Of a DNA stretch of 64,000 nucleotides, positions 48,954 to 58,645 are shown piece by piece. The stretch covers positions 62,001 through 126,000 of the IMG/VR virus record IMGVR_UViG_3300048672_001051. The stretch is one strand, 5' to 3'. The position numbers were made by a program, and so were the translations under genes. Below the pieces are notes generated by a model. That model had not been told where the DNA came from. It worked only from the letters and a program-made list of their open reading frames with translations, and did no database searches. Within the stretch, counting starts at the first letter, position 1, and the number at the start of each line of letters is the position of its first letter.

Positions 48954-49490
48954 TCAAACACTTTTGAAAGAACAGTGTCTAAATTTACGGCGCTGTTTAT
49001 CCACTAAAGAGCTAATCATCTTATAATTAGTTTTAAATGGACGGCTAGCATCCGAGTACAAAGTAACGTGGTAGCCAAGATTTAAAAGTTCATTAAGCAT
49101 TGGATTAAAGATACCATTAATATCTATACCTGCTATGTGAATATCATAATCATCTGGTCTGAAAATAAAAGAGAAATCATCTCCATTAAAACGCAGCTCA
49201 TCATTATCATGCGTATTAATGGTCATTTCATTATCTTTCGATAATAAACTAAACGAATGTATTTTAGTGCTTATCAGTTTTGTAGGCTGAACATCACTAA
49301 ACACATTTGAATCTAGAAAAGTTTCATTTGGGAAATGAAAATTAACAATTGCTGATTTATTTTCATGTGAATCAATAACTGATTTAAGTTGCGTTTCAAA
49401 AGCTTTATGCTCATTGATCTTGCGAATTGATTTTGGGGATAAAAAGGCATCGCCAGCTGCAACTACTATTAGTACAGTATTTTTTTTCAC
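48954..49490 (-). CDS. isochorismatase/cysteine-hydrolase-fold-like protein
   Basis: LIVVAAGDAF, IHIAGIDING, LLNLGYHVTLYSDA pattern; catalytic Asp and Cys not evident. Confidence 0.45.
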   Translation of the reverse strand: MKKNTVLIVVAAGDAFLSPKSIRKINEHKAFETQLKSVIDSHENKSAIVNFHFPNETFLDSNVFSDVQPTKLISTKIHSFSLLSKDNEMTINTHDNDELRFNGDDFSFIFRPDDYDIHIAGIDINGIFNPMLNELLNLGYHVTLYSDASRPFKTNYKMISSLVDKQRRKFRHCSFKSV

Positions 49491-49646
49491 TATTAAACAT
49501 CCAAGTAAAAGGGAATAAATTATTCCATAAATATAACAAAATAAACTGTTTTAAGACTATATCTAAATATAAGTCTTTTAAAAATAACACAATATAAAAA
49601 CAGTAAATTATTGAGTTATAAAAGCATACATTTGTATGCCTAAAAA

Positions 49647-50234
49647 CTAAGTTAATCTTGCATTGATTGCAGCATACAATTCATTAATATTACTCCAGTC
49701 TGGAGTGAAGCTGTGCTGTACATCAAAGTCAAAATTACTTAATTGATTTTCTAATTTTTGAGAAGCTTTATCTAAAATAGGTTGAGCTTTATCAGGTTTT
49801 TCTAAGTGTACAGTTATTATGTTTGACTTACCGTATTTACTTACAAGGTAGTCATACTCAACTTCTCGCCTCCAATCATCACATATTATTGTGGTTTCTA
49901 CAGACGAGTCTACAACTTTAGAAAATTGTCTACCCCAGACATCTATTGTAAAATTGTCTTGGATTATATTTGAGTAATCGTTAACTAATTTTCTAATTAT
50001 AAAAGTAGGGTATTCTGGCAAATTATTGCCCAATGGTATGCTTTTTAAACTGTCAGTATAGAATTCTAATAAATCTTTCTCAGTAATATCTTTAAAAATA
50101 TACTGAAGATGATTTCGAAGGTTGTCCATAAAAGCTAGTTTTTTAACATTTTTATATTTATTTACAAATAAGCTTGCTGTTGTTGTTTTACCAACTCCAA
50201 CCCCGTCAGAGGCTAGCAATATAATCTTCTTCAC
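49647..50234 (-). CDS. deoxynucleoside monophosphate kinase-like P-loop protein
   Basis: GVGVGKTT, KKLAFMDNLR, ICDDWRREVE. Confidence 0.7.
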   Translation of the reverse strand: MKKIILLASDGVGVGKTTTASLFVNKYKNVKKLAFMDNLRNHLQYIFKDITEKDLLEFYTDSLKSIPLGNNLPEYPTFIIRKLVNDYSNIIQDNFTIDVWGRQFSKVVDSSVETTIICDDWRREVEYDYLVSKYGKSNIITVHLEKPDKAQPILDKASQKLENQLSNFDFDVQHSFTPDWSNINELYAAINARLT

Positions 50235-50685
50235 TTACTAATTTTATCTCAACACCAGATGCTTCTAGCATCTGCTTAGATAATTTCCAACTCTCATCCC
50301 ATATGGGTTGCAAGCTTGGTTTGTCTACCATTACAACTTTAGAAATACCTTTAGAGATCAATTGTAATGTACAAGCTGGGCAAGGCTTTAATGGATACAC
50401 ATAAAGCGTATAACCAACCAGTGTAGCGTCATTACAGAAATTTAAACAATTAATTTCAGCATGCTGTATGTATAAATATTTTAATTCTCTGTTATTTAAA
50501 ATATCAGCGGAGTCTGGGATTCTCGAAGGAATCCCATTAAACCCTAAACTTGCTACAGTATTATTAGGCCGTACAAGTATTGATCCAACTTTTGTGCTTG
50601 GATCTTTAGACTTGCGCCTAGTAGCTGCAGCTAAACTTAAATAAAATAAATCCCAACTAAGATCACTCTGAACTAGGTTGCTCAT
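50206..50685 (-). CDS. dCMP deaminase
   Basis: SKDPSTKVG, GFNG, HAEIN, PCPAC. Confidence 0.92.
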   Translation of the reverse strand: MSNLVQSDLSWDLFYLSLAAATRRKSKDPSTKVGSILVRPNNTVASLGFNGIPSRIPDSADILNNRELKYLYIQHAEINCLNFCNDATLVGYTLYVYPLKPCPACTLQLISKGISKVVMVDKPSLQPIWDESWKLSKQMLEASGVEIKLVSEEDYIASL

Positions 50686-50914
50686 TAATTTTATCCAAAT
50701 GGCTTTGAAGATAAGTGTTAAAAGTTGTTAGGGTTTCCTGAACAACTTTTTCAATGATACCGTCAAGTTCTTCAGCATTAACAACACCACGGTGTGTTAA
50801 ATAGCTAATTAGAGCCATAACTACTGCATTCAAAATAAGTAATTGCTCATTATTATATGTGCAGTGTTCTAAAATACTTTTATAATCTTCAGTTTCAACA
50901 AACGGAATCGACAT
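50663..50914 (-). CDS. hypothetical protein
   Basis: 83-aa ORF. Confidence 0.5.
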   Translation of the reverse strand: MSIPFVETEDYKSILEHCTYNNEQLLILNAVVMALISYLTHRGVVNAEELDGIIEKVVQETLTTFNTYLQSHLDKINEQPSSE

Positions 50915-51065
50915 TAGTCTACTTTATTATTTAATAATATATAACCATCTACAACAATAAATTCGTTATTTAAAATATAAGTACCATCAGGTAATAATTC
51001 TAAAACATCGTCATAGGTAGGATGATACATACAAGTTTCAATCTCCTGTATGTTTTGATGTAGTG

Positions 51066-51689
51066 CTATTTCACTTTGCATAAATTTCTAAGAAACAATA
51101 TTGTATTTTCAGGCGCAAGTTTGTTGTGTAAAAATGCGACATGTTGATTTGAAAGACTTTGCCAGTTACTTATATTCTCTGGTGTATCGTCAATTAAAAC
51201 ATGTATGCCAGATTCAACACTACACATTAAATGCTTTGTTGCCCCTGTTTTACTCAAAAGAGTTTCAGAGATATTTAAAATTGGTTTAACATTATTGTCA
51301 ACCCATTTATTTTTACCAACCGAGGCATTAACTATGTTTCCAGTTGCAGACAATATATTAATTTTAAAAAAATCTAATTCTTTTATGGTTTGCAATAGCA
51401 AATCACATTCAAGAGTTTTCTCTAAATTTTCAAATATAGATATTTTATAAGAGTGTTTGTTAGTAAGTTTCCAGAAATTTAAACTTTTTTTAGAACCTGG
51501 ATTCTGTTCAAAAAATTCTCGAAGAGTTAAATCACCAAGATTTAAATTTAGGAGTTCTGCTAATTTTTTATCAAAATTTGCAAGAACTCCGTCTAAATCT
51601 AAATATAAATAAATGTTATCCAAAGACATCAGTACAAATTTCCTCGTAAGAAAAAGGTGTATAAGTTTTTGAATTACAAACACCCACAT
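51066..51689 (-). CDS. HAD-family 5'(3')-deoxyribonucleotidase
   Basis: YLDLDGVLANF, ILSA, GK..W, LIDD. Likely start MSLDNIY. Confidence 0.85.
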   Translation of the reverse strand: MWVFVIQKLIHLFLTRKFVLMSLDNIYLYLDLDGVLANFDKKLAELLNLNLGDLTLREFFEQNPGSKKSLNFWKLTNKHSYKISIFENLEKTLECDLLLQTIKELDFFKINILSATGNIVNASVGKNKWVDNNVKPILNISETLLSKTGATKHLMCSVESGIHVLIDDTPENISNWQSLSNQHVAFLHNKLAPENTILFLRNLCKVK

Positions 51690-52158
51690 TAAATGCTTTA
51701 TTACCTAAGACTGGTTTATGAGTATGAGTATGACCATACACATGCAGTGAGCTATGGTGAGATCTATTCCAAGAGTAAATAGGATAATGCGACATAACAA
51801 TTAGTTTTTTAGCATGTTTGAATTCTAAATAATCAAAAGAAGCTAAAAAATGATCTTTGATAAAACTTGTATGCAACAAGTGTTTATCATGATTACCAAT
51901 TATTAATACCTTACGAATATGTGATATTTGATTAAAAAGTGAATTTAAATACTCTAAATCTTTTGATAGAGTAATATCCCCTAAAATAAATAACAAGTCG
52001 TCAGGCTTTACTGTACACTTAATACCGTCAATTAATGCTTGATCATGTTCTTCAATACTTGCAAAAAGTCTTGAGTCGTATTCTAAGATTTTTGCATGTT
52101 TTAAATGCAAATCACTAGTAAAGTATAGATTATTATACTTTAAGCTATGTATGTTCAT
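51616..52158 (-). CDS. calcineurin-like metallophosphoesterase
   Basis: FTSDLHLKH, LGD, GNHD, MSHYP, YGHTH. Confidence 0.88.
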   Translation of the reverse strand: MNIHSLKYNNLYFTSDLHLKHAKILEYDSRLFASIEEHDQALIDGIKCTVKPDDLLFILGDITLSKDLEYLNSLFNQISHIRKVLIIGNHDKHLLHTSFIKDHFLASFDYLEFKHAKKLIVMSHYPIYSWNRSHHSSLHVYGHTHTHKPVLGNKAFNVGVCNSKTYTPFSYEEICTDVFG

Positions 52159-52586
52159 GGCAATATTAATCCTTTGACCATTGTATGCCTACCGATCGTA
52201 ATATGAAAATTATCAGGGTAGTTGTAGAACCCTAATTCAGATCTAATTTGTTTACAAACTGTAGGTTTAACTGGCAAGTAAACAAATTCATTAATGATTT
52301 GAAGATCATTAGTATATTCAATTTGAAAATTTTTATACTTACTCAAGACAGTATTAACTACAGGAGATGTTTTATTTAAAGGTTTGCGCCCGTCTAAAAT
52401 AGTTAAATGTAAATCATAAGCTGGTGCAAGAAGTTTAATACCAGTTTCTTTATAAAAAAGATGCCGATAATACTCTCCTAGATACCAGTGTACCCGACCA
52501 ATCAAGAAACTAGATTGATGATATCTAGTTCTCTTTAAATTTGGTCTTTGTGGATTTAAAATTAATTCAGCTCTTGTAGTAAACAC
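52155..52586 (-). CDS. 2H phosphoesterase-fold protein
   Basis: Two HxT motifs: LHLTI and FHITIG. Confidence 0.6.
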   Translation of the reverse strand: MFTTRAELILNPQRPNLKRTRYHQSSFLIGRVHWYLGEYYRHLFYKETGIKLLAPAYDLHLTILDGRKPLNKTSPVVNTVLSKYKNFQIEYTNDLQIINEFVYLPVKPTVCKQIRSELGFYNYPDNFHITIGRHTMVKGLILP

Positions 52587-52598
52587 AATTTTTAAACC

Positions 52599-52784
52599 TT
52601 ACTGTAATACACCAATAATTGAATCTAAACTGCAGTAAATTTCTTCACCAGTTGTAAATTTAACAAGCACTTTCGCACGGCTACTCGAATAACCTTGAGT
52701 ATAACCTATCGAACCTTTTTTCATTTGATCTTGTTGCTTTACAAGAGCGACTTTTTGGTCTTCATGCATATCAGAAAGTTGCAT
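52599..52784 (-). CDS. hypothetical protein (SH3-like)
   Basis: 61 aa; KGSIG...VLVKF pattern. Confidence 0.45.
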   Translation of the reverse strand: MQLSDMHEDQKVALVKQQDQMKKGSIGYTQGYSSSRAKVLVKFTTGEEIYCSLDSIIGVLQ

Positions 52785-52806
52785 ATTAAAAATCCTTAAA
52801 TTGGTT

Positions 52807-53037
52807 TCAGTTGTTAAAAATTGCTAAAAGCATGTCTACTTGGTTTTCAAACGCATCGTACAACTCGTCTGTACTTAGAGACTCTAAAGGATACCACAGA
52901 TTGTAAGGTATGCTATCTAAATAGTTTTCAGTATTAAGAAAACTATTATGATATCTCAAAGCCTCATCTTCATCTTCAATGCCAGCAAAAAATGTCAGCA
53001 TTGCAGCTATAAAAGCCTTTTCTTCATTTGAACGCAT
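52807..53037 (-). CDS. hypothetical protein
   Basis: 76-aa ORF. Confidence 0.5.
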   Translation of the reverse strand: MRSNEEKAFIAAMLTFFAGIEDEDEALRYHNSFLNTENYLDSIPYNLWYPLESLSTDELYDAFENQVDMLLAIFNN

Positions 53038-53049
53038 AATAAGACCTGA

Positions 53050-53652
53050 TTATTTAGTTATAGAGTATGTTGCTGTAAGGTTTGACGCAACATTAAACAC
53101 AGCCCCACGAGCACCAGCAACGTCTGCAAATTGCATTTTATTAGCAGCTTTAATGTTTAAGCTCTTTGTATAATCTTCAAAATTATTTAAATTAGCAGCT
53201 AAAAATATAACTTCCCAACCTAAGTTATCTTGAACATCTTTAATAAGTTCTGAGACTGCTGCTTTATTATACTCTTTACTTGCATTTTCTTGACCATCTG
53301 TAATTATGGTAACAATAGTTTTCTTACCAGAATTTTTATGAGCTGTCAGACTAGTGCCAATTGCATCGTATAATGCTGTCATACCACACGGTGAATATTT
53401 TGTTTGAAAACTATCTTCATAGTTTTCAAGTTTACTCAAAGGGTGAAGTCTATTAACAGTACTAGCAAATGTGACAATCTCTATTTTAAATTTAACATCA
53501 GACAACTTACGTTGATCTTCAACATACTTAGCAACAGCTCCTTTAGTTTCATCTGCTGTTGCAGTCATAGAGCCGCTTTCATCTACAATTAAAATTAAAT
53601 TAATTTTATCTTTAGACATATTGATTACTCCAGATTTATTTTTATAAATCAT
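53050..53652 (-). CDS. von Willebrand factor A domain protein
   Basis: MIDAS motif DESGSM, GMTALYDAIG, IITDGQENAS. Confidence 0.9.
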   Translation of the reverse strand: MIYKNKSGVINMSKDKINLILIVDESGSMTATADETKGAVAKYVEDQRKLSDVKFKIEIVTFASTVNRLHPLSKLENYEDSFQTKYSPCGMTALYDAIGTSLTAHKNSGKKTIVTIITDGQENASKEYNKAAVSELIKDVQDNLGWEVIFLAANLNNFEDYTKSLNIKAANKMQFADVAGARGAVFNVASNLTATYSITK

Positions 53653-53656
53653 TGTG

Positions 53657-53854
53657 TTATGGTTTTAATTTATTAGGTACAATTTTTTTAAAGCGCCAAT
53701 GAGCGCTACTTGTAACATGATTTGGTCGAACTAGTTTACAAATAGATTTTGAAAAATCTGCATATTTAAATGCTTCTTGTAACCTAATAACAAAACCTTC
53801 ATTTTTATTTTTATCTAAGTCTTTAATAAATTTTAAAAATCTTCGCCACAACAT
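53657..53854 (-). CDS. hypothetical protein (RNA-ligase-like fragment?)
   Basis: 65 aa containing EGFVIRL...FSKSICKLVRPNHV; too short to be a full enzyme. Confidence 0.35.
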   Translation of the reverse strand: MLWRRFLKFIKDLDKNKNEGFVIRLQEAFKYADFSKSICKLVRPNHVTSSAHWRFKKIVPNKLKP

Positions 53855-54192
53855 CCAGTAGCTAAAATAAGTTCTTGAAGTTCTTCTACTTCATCGTCTG
53901 AAAGATCATAACCACAATCGAAAGCATTTTCAAAAACAATATCATATGCTAAGTCTGTACCCCAAAATATTTTAATTTCTTTTAAAATTTCATGAGTATC
54001 TGACAACATCATGCCAGGATCATAATTATAAGGTAAAATTGCTTGACCAAAATTTACAAATAATGCCCAACGATCTTCTAAACAAATACTGGTATCTTTT
54101 AAGAATCCTTTAAAATCCGACCTAGTTTGAGTTCTTACAGATTCAAATTCCTGAAGTTTTGTTTGCATTGTAATTATTTTTGAATTTTGCAT
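53833..54192 (-). CDS. hypothetical protein
   Basis: 119-aa ORF. Confidence 0.5.
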   Translation of the reverse strand: MQNSKIITMQTKLQEFESVRTQTRSDFKGFLKDTSICLEDRWALFVNFGQAILPYNYDPGMMLSDTHEILKEIKIFWGTDLAYDIVFENAFDCGYDLSDDEVEELQELILATGCCGEDF

Positions 54193-54206
54193 ATCAATCT
54201 CAGTTG

Positions 54207-54566
54207 TTAAATTTTATCAGCACGTTGATGTGCTTCTTTATTACTATAACTACCAGAAGAATATCTGACAGCTAATTTTGATTTATTACCTAGGAGTATC
54301 TCTTCACGAGTAAATCCTAAAATAATTCTTAATTTTGCTAAGAAAAACTCTAAATCACCCAACTCTTCTTTCAAGTTGGGTATATCTAGTTCTTTATTGT
54401 ACATTGTATGCTTTTTAATAGCATCGACAATTTCACCTATCTCGCCAGCCAAACCAGCAGATATGTGATTTAGAGATAGCTTGAAGGGTGTTACTTCTGT
54501 CATTAGGGCGTCACCGTCCTTAAACAAAGCATTAACCATCAAGTCATATTCTTGATCTAAAGTCAT
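54207..54566 (-). CDS. MazG-like nucleotide pyrophosphohydrolase
   Basis: GLAGEIGEIVDAIKK, EELGDL, NKSKLAVRY. Confidence 0.88.
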   Translation of the reverse strand: MTLDQEYDLMVNALFKDGDALMTEVTPFKLSLNHISAGLAGEIGEIVDAIKKHTMYNKELDIPNLKEELGDLEFFLAKLRIILGFTREEILLGNKSKLAVRYSSGSYSNKEAHQRADKI

Positions 54567-54568
54567 AT

Positions 54569-55774
54569 TTAAAATATTTCAAATACAGTTAAGCTTAACG
54601 CTTCAACTGTGGTATTTTCTTCCAAAGCACGAGCATCTCTCTCGTGAGTGTAGCCTATTGGCGCACACTGAAGCTTACATCCATCTACTTCGCCAGCAAA
54701 TGGAGTGTGTGTATTTCCAGTTAAGCTTACACAACCTTTTCGACGCATCAAAAAGTTTGAGTTTTTAACTGTAATGCACCAGAAATTTTCATCTAGTGTT
54801 TGTTTAACAGTTGGAGGATTCTTACAAGTAAGCATACCAAAAGCTTCGCCAGCGTGATCGGAGATTAAAAAAGAATAATCTTCAACAACATTAAATAAAT
54901 CTTTAGCAGGCATAACTGTGTAAGTCATATCTTTATCAAACACAGGCATTCTGTGCAGATCAGTTACACGTTGGTTTACATAGTTATCTGTGTAGTGATA
55001 AACATCACCACTGTATACAACGTCTGTAATATGCTCAATTGGGTTAAACTCAAATTTGCCTGTACTAGGATTATAAGTTTGAACTAAGTCACCAATTATT
55101 AAATCAGGTCTATGCTTCCACCCTGTTTGAGTTAAAATCTCTGTAACCATATCAACACAATGACCAAAAAGCCAATGCTTAAAACCAGCTAAATTTATAT
55201 TATTTGTATAATAAGGATTTAGTTTGTCATTAGCATATTGAGGCGCAATAGTTGCCGGATGAGGTGGGAAATGAGTTAAAACACAAACATCTGGATTATG
55301 TCTATACCTGTTAATCCAATCTAAATGCTTGTTATACAATTCAACATATTCATTTGGTTTTATATAAGCATTGCCATTAGAATTAAGCACATGTTTAAAA
55401 TCACTAATATTCCACTGGGCTAGCATTTTATTTTTAATAACTGTTAAAGGATCATCACCATTAAGTAAAAATCCTGTAAATAAAGTACCGCCTACAAAGA
55501 TCTTACCATTAAAGTTAAATTCTTTACCATCGCGTAGGTAATTAATGCCCAAGTCATCTAAAATATCATACGCATCTTCGATAGTTCTGAAATAAAAATC
55601 ATGGTTTCCTAAAACACACAGATGCTGCTTACCAGCAGCATCGCAGGCGTCTTTAAATTGTTTTAAAAAATTAAAGTCGCCATTTGCAAAATCTCCCGCG
55701 TGTATGACTAAGTCTACATTTGGGGCTATAAGAAAAGGTGATTTATGCGTATCGCTGAGTAGCTGAATTAACAT
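54569..55774 (-). CDS. metallophosphoesterase interrupted by a mini-intein
   Basis: SDTH, AGD, GNHDFY, THFPP, FGH|TH after intein removal. Confidence 0.88.
   Translation of the reverse strand: MLIQLLSDTHKSPFLIAPNVDLVIHAGDFANGDFNFLKQFKDACDAAGKQHLCVLGNHDFYFRTIEDAYDILDDLGINYLRDGKEFNFNGKIFVGGTLFTGFLLNGDDPLTVIKNKMLAQWNISDFKHVLNSNGNAYIKPNEYVELYNKHLDWINRYRHNPDVCVLTHFPPHPATIAPQYANDKLNPYYTNNINLAGFKHWLFGHCVDMVTEILTQTGWKHRPDLIIGDLVQTYNPSTGKFEFNPIEHITDVVYSGDVYHYTDNYVNQRVTDLHRMPVFDKDMTYTVMPAKDLFNVVEDYSFLISDHAGEAFGMLTCKNPPTVKQTLDENFWCITVKNSNFLMRRKGCVSLTGNTHTPFAGEVDGCKLQCAPIGYTHERDARALEENTTVEALSLTVFEIF
54713..55159 (-). mobile_element. mini-intein (149 aa, no endonuclease)
   Basis: H|CVDMVTEILTQTGWK, VTDLH, WCITVKNSNFLMRR, LTGN|T. 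Confidence 0.88.
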
Positions 55775-56429
55775 CGCCAGTCTCCAAAAATTGTGTTATG
55801 TTAATTATTGTCATCCGACATTCTTTATGATTAAAAGGACTTTTACGGAAACAACTGCCAGTATCGCAATAAAAAGCGTTAGCAATTTTATGAACAGTTG
55901 GTACAACTGTATGACCATGAAAAACATAATCAATATTTAAAACAGGTGGAGATTTAACTGCACCAGTATCAAAATGATTCTTAATTTTTGTTCTACTCCA
56001 AATTGCCTCTAAGCAAATCTTTTGAGGTAATTTGGAAATTTTAAATATGTTCCAATTATTATGTGGTACATGTGCATGGACAAAACCAATAGTTTTTGTA
56101 GGCGATACTAATTCAATAGCTAAAGGTAATTTTTCAAACATCTTAATAGCTTTAGAAGAACTAAAGAATTCCTCATGAGGATCATCAATAAAAATAAGTT
56201 CGTGATTTCCAAGCGTAGATTTAAACCAGGATTGCTTTAAAAAATGTAAAGCTAGATTAGACTCAGGTCCACGATCTATCAAATCTCCTGTAGTTATTAA
56301 CAGGTCTTTTTCAAAATCAAACCCAAGATTTTTTAAGTTTCTAAGTAACTCTGTAAACACACCGTGAATATCAGGTGTATAGTAGATATTCCTATAGTCA
56401 GAAACTTTTAATTGTAATAAACTTTTCAT
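55743..56429 (-). CDS. Ser/Thr protein phosphatase (lambda NinI-like)
   Basis: DIHG, GDLIDRGP, GNHE, HGHT, DTG. Confidence 0.9.
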   Translation of the reverse strand: MKSLLQLKVSDYRNIYYTPDIHGVFTELLRNLKNLGFDFEKDLLITTGDLIDRGPESNLALHFLKQSWFKSTLGNHELIFIDDPHEEFFSSSKAIKMFEKLPLAIELVSPTKTIGFVHAHVPHNNWNIFKISKLPQKICLEAIWSRTKIKNHFDTGAVKSPPVLNIDYVFHGHTVVPTVHKIANAFYCDTGSCFRKSPFNHKECRMTIINITQFLETGDVNSATQRYA

Positions 56430-56461
56430 AAGTTTTCACAAAAATAATATATTAAAATGCT

Positions 56462-56629
56462 TCAACTTAAAAGTTGAAGCGTGTCAGCATACCTACTATC
56501 TAGTGGAACTGTCTCAAGCTTATATCTATAAACTTTAAAATTAAATTCAGATGCAATAGTTTTAATACGTTCTAGATTTTCTTCAAATAAAGGCTTAATT
56601 GTTATATGAACTTCAAGATAATGTGGCAT
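56462..56629 (-). CDS. small hypothetical protein (55 aa, not in ORF track)
   Basis: Translated by hand: MPHYLEVHITIKPLFEENLERIK...; its end coincides with an inverted repeat at about 56460-56479. Confidence 0.4.
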   Translation of the reverse strand: MPHYLEVHITIKPLFEENLERIKTIASEFNFKVYRYKLETVPLDSRYADTLQLLS

Positions 56630-57083
56630 CAGGATCTTTTAAAATTCCAACTAAAATTTCACTGTCATATTGACTTGGATAATTTTTGAGAAAATATTGC
56701 ATACCAGCAGGCACAGTTTTTAAATCATTAAGTTTAATGATATCTAAAATTTGATCACAAGTTAATTGCTTTGGCAAATAACTGTCTAAAATTTCTAATT
56801 CAAATTCAAGTTCACGGATAGTGTCTTGATTTGTAGCAACTTTTAGAAAATCTTTAATATTCTTTTTAAAACTTTTAATAGTACTGAGAGTTATCTCGTC
56901 AACAGTTAAAACTTTTTTACCTGAATTTTTAGATTTTTGTTGCTCAACTGCTCCAATTAATGTTTGAATTAACTTAAGCTTTGGCGCGTTTTTATCACGT
57001 CGAGCTTGAATTAAATCTGCACCAATTGTTTCAAATAATTTAGACATATGATTTACCGCGCAATAGACTAATTTTATAGACAA
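56613..57083 (-). CDS. GatB/YqeY domain protein
   Basis: DLIQARRDKN..KL, ELEILDSYLPKQLT. Confidence 0.75.
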   Translation of the reverse strand: MSIKLVYCAVNHMSKLFETIGADLIQARRDKNAPKLKLIQTLIGAVEQQKSKNSGKKVLTVDEITLSTIKSFKKNIKDFLKVATNQDTIRELEFELEILDSYLPKQLTCDQILDIIKLNDLKTVPAGMQYFLKNYPSQYDSEILVGILKDPDATLS

Positions 57084-57342
57084 AAATATGATAAGGAATT
57101 AAAGTTGGCAAGCTATGCTGTGCAATCATTGCAGTATCACCTGCAACTGTAATAGCTTTAAAACGTTTATGCCACACAATTGTCATACCATTTGATAGCC
57201 GAATATGACATTCAGTTGGACTGTCTGACAAAATTTTTGCACGGCCAATAAAATTAGCTAAGTTGTTGAAAACTGCAAGATCTTCCCGTTTACCGTAAAC
57301 TAAGTAAGCAAGAATTATTGCGAGAATTATAATAGTAGTCAT
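57040..57342 (-). CDS. hypothetical protein with N-terminal membrane anchor
   Basis: MTTIIILAIILAYLVY hydrophobic start. Confidence 0.55.
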   Translation of the reverse strand: MTTIIILAIILAYLVYGKREDLAVFNNLANFIGRAKILSDSPTECHIRLSNGMTIVWHKRFKAITVAGDTAMIAQHSLPTLIPYHIFVYKISLLRGKSYV

Positions 57343-57347
57343 TATAG

Positions 57348-57722
57348 TTAGACCCCTTTATGTTTGATAATATTAAAAACAGAAGTTTGCTCTAACTCTG
57401 TTTGCGCTTGATATGCTTTTTCTACTGTATCAAAACAATACTCAACTTGAGTTTCAGTCTCAAATAAGATAGATAGCTCATAAAAATTTACAACAGAGCA
57501 GTTAGTTAAATCAATATCATATATATCTCCAAAGAATTCTTTGGTATATGTACAATAGTAATATTGTATTAACTGGTCTAACTTAAAACTGTCTTCTATA
57601 ACAGCTAAAACTGCAATTGTTAAATGTTCTTTTAAGTATAAGAAGAAATTTAACAATTTTTCACCTTCTAAACCTAGCAGATCACTAACGTAAGCGGGAA
57701 GCTCTGAGAAAGTCAGCCGCAT
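57348..57722 (-). CDS. hypothetical protein
   Basis: 124-aa ORF. Confidence 0.5.
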   Translation of the reverse strand: MRLTFSELPAYVSDLLGLEGEKLLNFFLYLKEHLTIAVLAVIEDSFKLDQLIQYYYCTYTKEFFGDIYDIDLTNCSVVNFYELSILFETETQVEYCFDTVEKAYQAQTELEQTSVFNIIKHKGV

Positions 57723-58635
57723 AAATTATTCTTCCGTTGTTGTAACTATCTAATAGTGGTTGTATATAATTTTTATTGTAAGTATTAACAATTAAAAAAT
57801 AATTATCAATAGCAAATTGTCTAAAAAATCCAGACGTTAAAGTTGTACAGACTTTATATAAAGCTGTTAAAAAACTTTTACGATAAGTAAGAGGTTCAAT
57901 TGCAACACCATCAATAATTTTTTTAATTAAAAATCTTTCTGTTGCAATAACATAACATTCTTCAAGTACGCACATAACACGATGTTCGAAAGATAACTCA
58001 GACCATTTGTAAGGATTACAATAGACAATTTGAGGGTCATCTTGTAAATAAGTATAAATAGGTTGTTCTAAATGTGCATAAATTTGATGCAACCAATCAT
58101 GCTCTACAATCTCAGTAACAGCATTGTCAAAAAACTGGTCTTTAGTTATATTCTTTAAAGGTATTTTAAAGTTTTTACCAAGAACTAAGTTAAGAGTATC
58201 TTCATGTAGAGCTGAAAACTCTTTAATACTAATATTTAAGTTTGCAAGTTCAGGTACAATTACACCATCATTAGGAAACATTTTAGACAAAAAACTATAA
58301 TCTAAAATATGTCTATCCCAATTATGACTCTGTCGGTAAATATGGGCTTTTTTAATTGCATAACATAACTGAAAACTTGCGACAGATTTTAATTCTGAAA
58401 TTTGAGCTAACAATACTTGAAAAGATGGTTGAGAATCAGCTAATAAACATTCAATCTTTTTATCGCCGAACTTAAAAACTAGTGTGCTGGTAGAGGTATG
58501 CAGTATATCTTCAGAAGATATTTGAATGTCTTCTTTAAAGCAGACAATATCTATGTCACCTGAAGGTCTTGTTTGTAAAGCAAAAGATCCAATTACTAAA
58601 AATTTATTAACTGGAATGCTATTAATATTAAACAT
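57685..58635 (-). CDS. conserved phage protein with nucleotidyltransferase-like N-terminus
   Basis: VIGSFAL...GDIDIV (GS...DxD), HDWLH, EECYVIATER. Confidence 0.55.
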   Translation of the reverse strand: MFNINSIPVNKFLVIGSFALQTRPSGDIDIVCFKEDIQISSEDILHTSTSTLVFKFGDKKIECLLADSQPSFQVLLAQISELKSVASFQLCYAIKKAHIYRQSHNWDRHILDYSFLSKMFPNDGVIVPELANLNISIKEFSALHEDTLNLVLGKNFKIPLKNITKDQFFDNAVTEIVEHDWLHQIYAHLEQPIYTYLQDDPQIVYCNPYKWSELSFEHRVMCVLEECYVIATERFLIKKIIDGVAIEPLTYRKSFLTALYKVCTTLTSGFFRQFAIDNYFLIVNTYNKNYIQPLLDSYNNGRIIYAADFLRASRLR

Positions 58636-58645
58636 TATTTAAACC

